From positions 40,300,001-40,364,000 of the forward strand of contig OX597817.1 of assembly GCA_951406725.2 (NCBI GenBank): DNA of 64,000 nucleotides, read 5' to 3'. A model generated the notes under the pieces. That model did no database searches. It saw nothing but the letters and a program-made list of their open reading frames with translations, and was not told the DNA's origin. The translations under genes and the position numbers were made by a program. This DNA comes from Octopus vulgaris (Eukaryota). How positions within the stretch are numbered: position 1 is the first letter of the stretch; the number at the start of each line of letters is the position of its first letter. Below are positions 52,116 through 64,000 of this stretch, piece by piece.

Positions 52116-52689
52116 CAATGAGTGTACATATGTATGCGTTTGTCTGTGGATGTCTTTATGAATGTATTTGTATATCTATGTATGTGTTTGTGTCTGGATG
52201 TATGTGTCTTTTAAAAGCAGTTTTCGTTGGTTTTCGTCCCTTATCCCCTCACACATTCTTCTTTCGCTTATTTCTTCGTTTGTTCTTTTCGATATGTGTT
52301 GTTTCTGTCCTTCATTCGATCGGGTGCACGAAATCGGTGTATGTGCATGCATGTTTGAATGACTGTTTGCATGCATGTTGAGTGTGAGTTCAAACACAGG
52401 AGACCTATGTTCAAAGGAATTCCAACCATGACCAACCTGTCATTTTTGTGTATATAGGACGACAATGCCCAATGTGCCTTTGTTTTCTTTCTTTTTTGTG
52501 TTTCTGTTTTTGCTTTAAGATAGTAGGCGGTGCGTGTGATTTGATAAGATAGTAGGCGGGGTACGAAGTGAGGAAAATTTGGCTGCTATTTCTAGCACTT
52601 CGGATGTCCACATAAAAGTTCTCGTTGTGTCGAAGCGTGTGTATAAATGTGTGCATGTGTGTGTATAAATATGTGTGTATTTGTATATG

Positions 52690-52722
<33 letters not shown>

Positions 52723-53114
52723 GAATGTGTTTGCATGCATATATATATATATATACTGTGTATGTGTGTATGTATATATATATATATAACTATATACTAT
52801 GTGTGTGTGCATATATATATATATGTGTGTGTGTGTATGACATGTTTTTGTGTGTGTATATGTATTTTTGTATGCATGTGTATATACATGTTCTTGTGTG
52901 TACGCATGCAAGTGCGTGCGTGTGTGTGTCAAAGATGAAGCAGGTTCTTCTATATCACTCCGTCTACCACCACCATCGCCCTCTCCCATCCGCCTCAGCC
53001 CTCCCCGATTCTTAAAGTCAGCTGTGCCGGCTGGCTGGTTGGGTGGCTGGCTGACTCTTGTTGATAGGCAATAATACTTTTGTAGTTTGACTTGCCTGAC
53101 TGCCTGCCTTCCAT

Positions 53115-53176
53115 TCAGTCATTCACTAAAGTCAGTCGGCAGGCCAGTGAGATCGGAGACACAAGAATCTCATTCT
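53115..53176 (+). promoter_or_regulatory. Candidate TSS (Inr-like TCAGTC) and short non-coding first exon of a plus-strand gene
   Basis: GC-richer unique island at 52930-53180, TCAGTC at 53115 and 53132, and donor TCT|gtaagt at 53177 followed by T-rich intron-like sequence. Confidence 0.35.
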
Positions 53177-54268
53177 GTAAGTCGAAGATTCTTCACTTTT
53201 TCTTGGGATTTTATTTGATTTTATTTATTGTGGATTTTTTTCTTTTACTTTTGGTGTCTTTATTGTGGAATTCGTAGTTATATATTCCTATGTTTCGGAT
53301 GTTTTCTATTTTTAAAAGCGTATCTATTTTAAAGCAAGTTTTATACAAGAGAGATATATGAGAGAAAGAGAAAGAGAGAGAGAGAGAGTAAATAATGCAA
53401 CAATACCGCTTCTATCGCAAAACACATGTAATTTTTTTTCTTAAGTATCTATGCATTTTTAGGATGTAAAATTTTAAAAAGTATTTATTATGTTGTGTGT
53501 GCGTGTAAGAAGTAGATTGTTTTTTTTGAGGGATGATAATCAGGCGTGTTCGCAGATTTCTTAAAAGAGTAGCAGAGAGCTTTTAATTTCGCTAAGTTTG
53601 TCTGCTAAGATTGTTACTTGTTATGTTCTGTTAGAGCACATGGATGGACGTTACTTGCAGTCGTCTCGGAATCTATTATGATCTGGTGCCAAGTTCTGCT
53701 GTTAGCCTAGCTTATTGTTCTACACACACAAACACACATACATATATATAATATATATAGGTAGATATACGCACACACATACATATACACTACCCAAAAA
53801 GAGAGGAAACACGCATGGATACAGCCTTTGTATACAAACATAACGGTATCACTGCTTCCTCAACAACCATCGTTATAAATAGACAGCGAATATCACTATC
53901 TGGTGTTTGGAAATAGTCTACTGTAGTGGGCACGACCACATTCCTGTGTGCAGATTACATGTGTGTCTGTGTGTGAGGGAGAGAGAGAGAGGAAAAAAAG
54001 ATAAAGCGTGATATTTATAGAATGAAATATCAAAGTAGGGAAGTTGTGATGTATATTTAGCTAAAAGACTGTAACGTTGAATGAAGTGGTTCCGAGTGAA
54101 AATCGAAACCGAGTCGCTAACTTTTTTAGAAACTTACTACGATATCATTCTACCCACTTCCTGTGTACACACTCACACGTCGTATATTATCTTCTCCAAG
54201 TGTGAGTATTATATTACACCTGTGTGATTGTGTACTACATAGACACGTTTTAAAAGTATTAGCTTAGT

Positions 54269-54307
<39 letters not shown>

Positions 54308-54594
54308 TCTCTTTCTTGTTTCAGTCACTTGACTGCGGCCATGCTAGGGCACCGCCTTTAGTCGAACAAATCTTTGTAAGACTAGTACTTATTCTATCGG
54401 TATCTTTTGCCGAACCGCTAACTTATTGGGACGTAAACACACCAACATCGGGTATATATATATACTACGGGCTTCTTTCAGTTTCTGTCTACCAAATCCC
54501 CTCACAAGGCTTTGGTCGGCCCGAGGCTATAGAAGACACTTGCCCAAGGTGCCACGAAGTGGGACTAAACCCGGAACCATGTACACACACACAC

Positions 54595-54641
<47 letters not shown>

Positions 54642-57299
54642 CACACACACACTGTTTTATTAAAGCTGCAAAAACATCCATATGACATATATGAATTGAG
54701 ATATAAGGATATATAAATTGTGTATGCTATTAGTTTTATATAAACTTTCTGCATATGTATATATATATATATATATATAAATTGTGCATAAAGTATGATT
54801 ATGGAGTATATACGAACTTATAGTATTATGGGTATATGTGTATATAATGAACTGCGTGCGTGTGATGTGTTGCTGTTTAGCCCCAGGTTAGCTATGTTTG
54901 AGTTGACCAATGATCAAAGCATTCCAGTCATGACCATCCTTTCTTTTTAAGGATACTTAGCGCTACATTATCTAATGTATCCTTACTTGTTTAAACCGAT
55001 GTAGTGTGATACAAAGGATATTTTGCTTCTATTTCTAGCAGATCGAATGACCACACAGAAGCTCCCTCGCTTATATGTATGGAGTGTGTGCTTATCGAAT
55101 TATGAGTATATACAAATTGTGTTATGATTATGTACGTGTTTCTGTGAATAACTGCAGGATATGATATAAGCACGTGCACTATTTTTATCTATGAAGTACA
55201 CATACACATATATATATGCGTAGGTGAGTGCGTATGTAAACTTTCTCCGGCAATACCATGATATAGGAGAACACATGTATATATATATATCTATATATAG
55301 ATATGCATTCGTGTTTGCATGTGTGAATGGATTACTATTTTGACTGTTCACCTGAGGCCGACTCGACACTCCATATGTCGATTTAGCTGTCCTTGTTTGT
55401 TTATAATCACCACCAACACCTGCCTTATCAACCCCGAAGTAGTTTGTGAGATAATAGAGGCAATTTGACTTTAAAATGATCATATCAACTAGTCATCGTA
55501 ATTGCTAGGTCTATCTGTACGCAGAAATAATAATGACTTTAAAGAGAATTGGGGGGATGGGCTGTCGATTGTTTGAAATTATCACCAAGACAATGATCGT
55601 TCGTTACTCCACCTCTAAGCGTCTTTATTTTTAATAAGTCTATGTAACGAATACGGATCGGGTTTCGATACAGGCTTAACACTTCAACTCGATCACATGT
55701 ATTCGTGTCTTATATTTTGATTCTTCCACAATATTGTTTTTATATCTTTTTACTTTTTAAAGCAGGAAAAAAATAATTATAAAGGTTCTTGTACAGGTGT
55801 GTATATGTTAGTAAATATGCATGGAGTGGGTGAATGGAAGCTATAATTGTTTTTTTTTTTTTAGTATATTCTCTTACGTCCAAGACCAGGTTGTGTGTGT
55901 GTGTGCGTAAAGATAGATAGATATATAGAAACCGCTTACTATAATCACGGATAATGTTATCAAATAGTTCTTGTTAATATTAGTACATCCCAAACATGTC
56001 CAATTATCTAAATGATGCCGTCTCAATCACAATATTCGGCTATACACACACGCACACACACACGTGTTTATGTGAGTAAGTATATATAATATGCATATAT
56101 ATATATTCAATGCGTACAGGGGAGGAAGCTGAACTACTTTTTGTCACAGTTCTTAATATATCACCGGTATGTAGGTATTGTTACTCCGGATAATTGTGTG
56201 AGATAAAATGCCAACTTGGTAACAGTGGGATTTGAACACGCTGTTCGCCTGTTTGAACGAGCTTGCAATCACTAACAATTTACAACTTTTCCAATTGTGG
56301 CATTTCAGCTGTGGTTGTCCCTTGTTTTCGGGCGGATGTTTCATATTTCAACTTGTTCCCTTTTAGAGACACTCGGGAATTGTTTGAACGAAATTTTGCT
56401 CAAGTTACTTGTTAAACCGCAGCCTATCTGCTGCTAAATGTTAAATTGCTCCAAAGCATTCCGACTAGTCTCACGGGAGACATTTTGTGAGGCGAAACGT
56501 TTTGTCGGAGCCCCGGAGGGATTTTCTCTTAAAATTCAAGAAGCTGTCAGTTTTTCGTCAGATACTCCCGGGCCTATGCACCGGTTGATTCCCCCACCCC
56601 CACCCCTGTTATTGGCCCTCACTCGAGTTCAGCTAAAATACCCTTCTGAATGCAGTTACACCCAACTCGCAAAAATCTACCTCACGAGAAAACACAGACG
56701 TCACTTCATGGTCGTTCGAATTGCTAGACGTAACAATCAAATCTTCCTTAACTTACATTAACATTTTAGAAGAGAAAAGATACATTGAGTGATGTCGTCC
56801 GCAATACAGTATCCGAACTTAGGATAATGATGGCTGGGATCTATGTGAGCGTACGTCAGCTAATCAGAGCTGACTTGGGCTACACGACACTATCCAAACC
56901 AATGCTGTCATATAAGATCATACTAAAATAGTTGTAGCATTCTGTCCTCCCCATGCCCCAGGACTGTGTTTGGTATATACCAGCGCTGAAGATAGATACC
57001 CGTTGCATTCTTACCGAGTTCAGCAAGCTCGACGCTTCTGTGACCACTTACCAGAACCTCTGGAGCGAGCTGGACAACGGAAGAACGTTCATGCGTTCGG
57101 ACTGTCCCATTGCACTTAAAACATTAAATCAGTGCATCTCATATATGTGGTCCTCATCCGGACGAATGGCTGGAGTACCCGGAATGCTTGACTGTAGATC
57201 ACACTCAGACCTTTTTTACTAACAATGTTGTCTTTCTGCTAGAGCTGGGTTGACTGGGATTATATAACTACTGTAGAATTGGTCTCCTTCATCTCCTTC

Positions 57300-57560
57300 G
57301 GCTTTCGTCGTAGGTCGACTTTGACTGCCTTTCTTCCGTTATCATCTCAGCAATGGGTACCATTCAATGCGCTGCAGGGCCTTATCCTCCCAAGTGTGTG
57401 GGGCAAGATGCCGAAGTTCTTCATATGACACTTTAGCACAGTCCTGTGTCGCAAACTCTGACCACCACGAATGATTCCGCCCGCCCTGAGTTAGTTCAGC
57501 ATAAAGAACTGCCTTTGGGAGCCTGCTGCCTACCATCCTGCAAACACGTGCCTTATTTAA
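57300..57560 (-). pseudogene. Decayed RTE ORF C-terminal remnant
   Basis: RLPKAVLYAELTQGGR...TWEDKALQRIEW. Confidence 0.65.
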
Positions 57561-59238
57561 TCATTAGCCACAGCTTGGGGACTCAGGATCTGCAGGGCTT
57601 CAAAATAATTAAAAGGCATATGTTTTTAACTTATCTGTTGTACTTTCAAGAGCCCGACATGCTTTTATATCGTTTAGGATCTCACCAAGACTAAATCTGT
57701 TACTACTTACCTTTAATTGTTACAGAAATCTCGACTCTTGAAATTATCAATTCTATGCCCATCCGATGTGTGTGCATGTATATGTATATTTTATCAGTGT
57801 GGTGGTTGATATGGTACTTTTTTTTGTTCTGTCTGACACTAAACAACTTCTGTGTTTTCTTACTTTTTTAAAAGTTCATTTCTGGTCATGTTTTCCCTTC
57901 GTCTAATCACTTAGAAACATACAATATTTATCGCACTTAATTCTAGTCATTCCTCCTCCAAGAAACTATTGAAACTGTCCTTTATCTTCAGCCAGACTCA
58001 GTCAGCTGAAGATACCGAAACGAGGACAGTTACTTCGGGTGCTTCTTGTTTCGTGGTTTGTCACGTCATGTGATAGGGATTACACAAAGGAGGGGAAAAT
58101 CAAAATAATACATGAAATAAATTTGCTTTATTCTTAAAACTTTGATAATACTTTATATATTTATTAAAAAGACGTTATATTTGCTAGGACGCCGAGTTTC
58201 AGTTACCTAGGGCGCTAGCAAATCCAGAACCAGTTCTATCAATATTTTTTCAAATTTGCAAGGAAACTTTCACTATCAAAAGCCAACCTGTAAAGAGAGG
58301 TAGTTACATGGTAAACGCTGTGATAATAAGTGGGTTGAAGAGATAATCAGGCCCGTGCTAAGCTGGTAACAGGCCTATATCAGATGTGGAATACAGATCC
58401 GCCACATTTTCATTGATAACTGGTGCAGACCAGACGTGAGAAGTAACCTCCATTTCAAACTTCTCGCTAAGCATTTTTGTAGTTAGTGCTATGTATAGAA
58501 TACGGCAGAGTTTTCTCGAAGTGAAGGAGTGGGACAGCCCCTCCCCCACGAGAAATCCCTTGAGTGTTGAAAAGGGGACGGTTGAATTGCCGTGCTTGAT
58601 AAAATTAAGGTGATTTAAAATTTTGAAACTTGTCCAACGCCATTTCGAAACAATGAGAATCATATAAATGTTGCTTTCGCAAATTTTTTTCATTAATATT
58701 GTGCAGGAAGAGGACTTAATATTTGTCAGTTTGAAGAACAATGTGTTACAAATATGTACAAGTACAGGTTGTGCATGGATATAGTGTATATGTCGCACAT
58801 ACAAGTAACTGAACAGAAAAAGTTGCTAGAATGATATATAGGATGTGTAATTTAAGATTTGGCTGTGTGATAAGAAGCTTGCTTTCCCAACCACATGGTT
58901 CCGGATTCAGTCCCACTTCGTGGCACCTTGGACAAGAGCTTCTACTATAGCCTCGGGCCAACCAAAGCCTTCTGAGTGGATTTGGTAGACGGAAACTGAA
59001 AGAAACTCATCTTTTGTATGTGTGTATGTGTCTGTTTGTCCCCACCAACACTTGACAACCGGTGTTGGTGGGTTTACGTCCCTGGAACTTAGCGATTCGG
59101 CATTAGAGACCAACGACATAAGTACCAAGCTAAAAAGAAATAAGTCTTGGGGTCGATTTCTTAGACTAAAATCTTCATGGCGGTGCCCCAGCATGGCCGC
59201 AGTCAAATGACTGAAACAAGTAAAAGCTGTACATACAT

Positions 59239-59303
<65 letters not shown>

Positions 59304-60186
59304 AAGAAAATGGAGATTGAGAAGTTAATTGTTTATTATTAACAGCAAATTAATCATCATCCCTTACAGCTGTTTCCATTATTACTAAGTAAATATTAAG
59401 TAAATAGTAAATTTATATGACCTGAGCATATCTTCAGAGGGGGGAAATATACCCTTGGATGTGTTATGTGTTTATGGATTCATTATAGCAGACTACACAC
59501 ACACACACAGCTGTTTTGATCTATACACGTAACTCCCAATAAATGTGATGAGTGCCCTTCTTTTGTTTGTCTACTCATATGTGTGTGTAGAAAGTTGAAA
59601 AGGAACACACGAGTTGATATATATATATATGGAAAAAAAGTCAAGGTAGAAAATGCTAAAATAATTTTATAAAAAAACATTTCAGTACCTGTTTCAGTCA
59701 TTGAGACTTCTTCAGCTTTAAGCATGGAAAACAATTAAATTTTGGAAAAATTAAATGAAAAGTTTTTGTAAAAGAATATTTGCATATTATTCAAATACAA
59801 GGGGCATTTTCCTTGTTTCTGCCTGTCTCTGTATCTCTTGTTTACTCTTGTGGGTTCGTAGTCGTTGTATGTATGTATATATATAATAAATTAATAGATA
59901 AAATAAAACATATGCATATATACATACATATATGTACGTACCTACCTCTACATGTATATATACATGCATATATGGGTACAGGACACCAAAAAAAAAAAAC
60001 GTCGAACACAATGAGAAACGAAAACATAAACACAAAACCAAGGAAATGGACATTTTTCTTAAACAACGAAAAAATAGAGTACAGGACAAATGACACAAGG
60101 AAAATTCCCTTCTTCAGTCGCCTTTGTTTCATCTACTCCACGTTTCTATGTATATATATAAAGGGGGAATTTTTTTCTATCAAAGT

Positions 60187-60330
60187 CAGTGGCGTAGCCT
60201 TGGTTTTTGTTTACGCGTGGTAGCCAAATTGGCTGTCTTCCTTAAACATAATATGTATTCGACGAAGTGAACACACATAAAATAAGGTGGCAGCCCTGTG
60301 AGATCCGCACACCCCTTACGCTACGCCACT
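60187..60330. mobile_element. Small hAT-like MITE
   Basis: TIRs CAGTGGCGTAGC and GCTACGCCACTA. No clear TSD. Confidence 0.6.
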
Positions 60331-61050
60331 ACAGCCTTCATGCTTTGCCTCTAATCAGCGGGGTGTTTGTGGAAATGGTAGGTCCATGTTAAACGACCCA
60401 CCTGAAATCATTACCCTGTTGTGGTGATGGGTGAACTTTAAATTAACACTTTAAGTGGCAGTGTATAGTTAGAGAGAGGTGATGGAGAAAATCTATCGGC
60501 ACATATTGCTTTGCAACATTTCATAGAAACTTCATATAAAAACGTTTCTTACAAATATCAATAATATAGCTGTTGGGAAATGGCTCGAGGGAGCGTTCTG
60601 AATATTAAATAGACTCGCTTATGTAATACATTGTGTCGAAAAACTTCGATTATCTAAGATTGTCCCTGCAATTAGTAGTGAAGAATTTCCTGTAGGGTGT
60701 TTAAAAGCAAGCGAGGAGAATTTATTGAAATTTTTGAATAATATAGGAAAATATAGCCCCCAGATCAGCCCTGATCAAGTAAATCTATGATCGTCACCAT
60801 TCCATCCTGTTTGTTTTTTAAAAAATTTTATTATTATCTTTATGTTCAGGTATAATGTCCTTGCGACCACCTTATCAAATCTGTGCTTTTTAAAAATTAA
60901 CATGATAGGATGTGTGCGCTGAAAGGTTCCCTCACTTGTTCAATATTATAATAGCTTTATTATGAAAGGATTTTTTTTATATTACCAAAAGAAATTGAAA
61001 ATGAATTGTTTCTGTTGAAGAAATCAACTGGCGGAAAAGAAAAAAGATAT

Positions 61051-61235
61051 TAGCCATCTCTGTATCATCGTTAATCTATACACATTGTTGACAGGCCTAT
61101 TACTGCAGTATTTGTCCTGAAATAAACATCTCTTATGGATAACACAAGTCTATAAGAGATGATATCTGAGAATAAATACTGCAGTAACTAGCCAATCAAC
61201 GGTGTATATACATTAAATATGATACATATTTGGCT
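61051..61235. repeat. Old degenerate palindrome with arms of about 85 bp
   Basis: tgtatcat..ttactgcagtattt..catctcttat pairs with ataagagatg..aaatactgcagtaa..atgataca. Confidence 0.7.
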
Positions 61236-62517
61236 ATTATAATTTAATATTGCCTGAATTGCGTATAACGGATTTATTTATTACTTCTAATAAATCTACG
61301 GAAACCTCTGGCACGGTGTTGGCAACAAATAAGTGACTTATGTGTTCTTTGCAAGCATCGGATTGTTTGCTTAAAAACGTTCAAACTGAATGTTTTTTTA
61401 GGCCATTAAACAATTGCTTGTGGTGGAAGTTAAGGAATATGCAAGGATATTTTAATCTTTAACTTTTTTCAGTCATTTCACCCCGACCATGCTGGGACAC
61501 TGCCTTGAAGGGTTTTTTAGTCGAATGAATCGACCCCAGGACTTTTTTTAAAACCTAGTACTTATTCTATCGGTATCTTTTGCCAATCAACTAAGTTACG
61601 GGGACGTAAACACACCAACACCGGACGTTAAGCAGTGGTGAGACACACATACACGACAGGCTTCTTTCAGTTTCCGCCTACCAAATCTACTTACAAGGGT
61701 TTGGTCAGCCCGAGGCTATAGTGAAAGACACTTGCCATGGGCTATGAGCAAATGTAAAATAACAATCAATGGTGGTACGCAGTTGCTGATGGCGATTCTA
61801 ACAAGAGTCGAGGCGTGCGTATAACTGTTCTCTTTTGTTTTTGTCCAATCCATGCCAGCATGGAAGACAGATTTTAAATGACGATGATGATGACGATTAT
61901 AAAAAAGAAGTTGTGGATTGCTTTCTATCAACTCCACGATTACAAACACCTGAAATTTTAGTAATATAAACGCAAGATTAACCACATACAGTACATAGCG
62001 GACAGAATTCTCACTGACATGATCAAAATCTCTAGACAAGTTTGCTAGAATCTGTTGTCAGATACGACCAAAGGGTTTAGATGATGTCAAGAGCATCCAA
62101 AGAAATACTTTGCAGTGTTTAGTTACCGCCCTTTGTTTTCTGAGTTCGAATCCCGTTTTAATTAGTTTTGTCTTACATTCCTCTTGTGTCGAGTATTAAG
62201 ATTGATCTGTGCTGATACTCAGCATTTTCTTTCGTAATGGCTCATATGTATGTTATATAAAGTCCCTATGTACCGGAACCTCCATTTCAATCACTGGCAA
62301 TGCATATAAAAGTAAAAATTTAAACAAATCATCACACAAAATATTTAAAATGCGCTGGACTGTTCGTTCAGTGGCCTCACAATTACATTACTTTACATAT
62401 CTTTTTTTTTTAACATACGAGTCGCGGCTCACTTGTTAAGTGAATAGAATTATGAGAAGAGCAACGGCTTAACATGTATTTGTGTTCTATTAAACACCAG
62501 GCCACTTCCGTGTACGT

Positions 62518-62549
<32 letters not shown>

Positions 62550-64000
62550 TGCAGCATGCTTTCAGACTATCTCTCTACCTAACTTTGTTAGTTTTGTCAT
62601 TATTTGCCCCAAGTCAACTCTGATTGATTAGAGACTTTTACCATGACCATCCTATCTTCTCTGACTTAATGTATCTAGGATTACATTACTCAATGCGCCC
62701 CTAATTATAATTTAAAGACAGTAGGGTGTGATTTGAGAGGGATTTGGCTATTATTTTTAGTAAGTCGCGCGACGACTCTTATCGACCTGCCAGTTCTGTG
62801 TTAGTGTCTGAGGACTAAAAGAGAATGATTCAAGGTGGTTAATGGGTTTCCAACGGCCTTGAAATACTGGATGCGAGATTAAACTCACTGTAGTTGTTGG
62901 GACCAAAGTGGAGTGTAACGCAGTTGTAGGTTTTTATCCCTCATAATAAAATAAGGAAGAGATGGGTCTCTATCCAGAAACACACCGGACTTCTAAAACA
63001 AGTACGCCAACCAGGCAATGCAGCGTGTTCGCTGTGTTGTATTATGTTTGGGTTACATTGACCTTCCGTATAACAGTCGTCATAACACGCCGCTGTTAGA
63101 CATCACTCTTCGTGTGCTAGAATAAAGTATGTCTAGTACAGTTAATTTGTCGCAAATTAAACCAGTGAAGGATTTGGAGGGCAATTTGTTTGGGTGAAAT
63201 TCTGTTTCAAATTGGGGAGGAAAAAAGTTGTAATCTACCTTGACAGGTCGCCGATTATAACGACGAAGAGATTGAAAAACAAAAATTTGCTACATGAACT
63301 GCACACTGGTCCCTGAAAATGCGTTCTGGGATGTGTTCCAAAACAGGGTGGGTGTGGGGATTGGAAGCGGTCGTGTCAAAACTAGAGGGAACTATTTCGA
63401 AAGAGATCGAATTTTTTTTTCTAAGTCTGGTATTTTTTCCTGGACAGGCGGGCCTTGTATATTCTGTAGGATAGTTTTATTTAATGTCTTGGGTGAAAGG
63501 CTCGCGAAAATAAGGCCGTGGGTTCGATTCCTGGGCCGGGCATCGTGTTGTGTACCAATCTATTCAGCTGACGAGTCCCAGCCAACTGCTCATGTAGCCC
63601 TCCTTTCTTCCGCTGTAGTATAGTTGATGTTCTGTTGGATCAAGTGTGAGAGGGCCGGTAGGGTGTCTGTACTCTGCTCGCGATTACATAGGCTCTTACA
63701 ATAATTAGTGAAAGCCCTGAACAAGCTTTCGTTAATTGTTGTATACACGCCATGCTCGCTTGCGAGTGATTGCTGAGCATGAATTATTATGAGCGTTGAA
63801 TTTTACGAATATATGACCTGAATTAGGAGAAACATTTTAGGTACTTTTTGGTTATCTCACCCCTATTAAAAAATTGTCATTAAAAAATTGGGTCATCTCC
63901 TCACTAAAAATAATTGAGTTTATATGGCTACAAGAGAGATCCTTTTGATTCAATACTTCAACACATTGTTTAACTATTGGCATCCTCAATAGGCATTATG

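Noticed and set aside
58358-58804. 148-aa minus-strand ORF
   Set aside because: No recognisable domain or splice signals, and it begins at a non-ATG codon.
63567-63600. CTGACGAGTCCC as a hammerhead core (and ccgatgagac near 43427)
   Set aside because: No matching helix II partner followed by GAAA.

Overview
This is a eukaryotic, AT-rich, microsatellite-dense window whose SINE and repeat content matches what I recall of octopus (coleoid cephalopod) genomes. The species call is an inference. Most of the ORF track is microsatellite or SINE artefact. The real coding content is transposon-derived: a near full-length CR1-group LINE (ORF1 with PHD plus 3 CCCH fingers, ORF2 with APE and RT, split by a single TAG), Dong/R4 RT fragments in (TAA)n, RTE 3' ends, and decayed maT (DD37D), mariner, IS630/Tc1-like and hAT transposases. 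There are also many MITEs, a Helitron, and a tRNA-headed short element carrying a minimal hammerhead ribozyme motif. A set of exon-like segments with good splice signals on the minus strand (about 41.1 kb down to 2.6 kb) suggests an unidentified host gene. A possible divergent plus-strand first exon lies near 53.1 kb. No prokaryotic system or CRISPR array is present.
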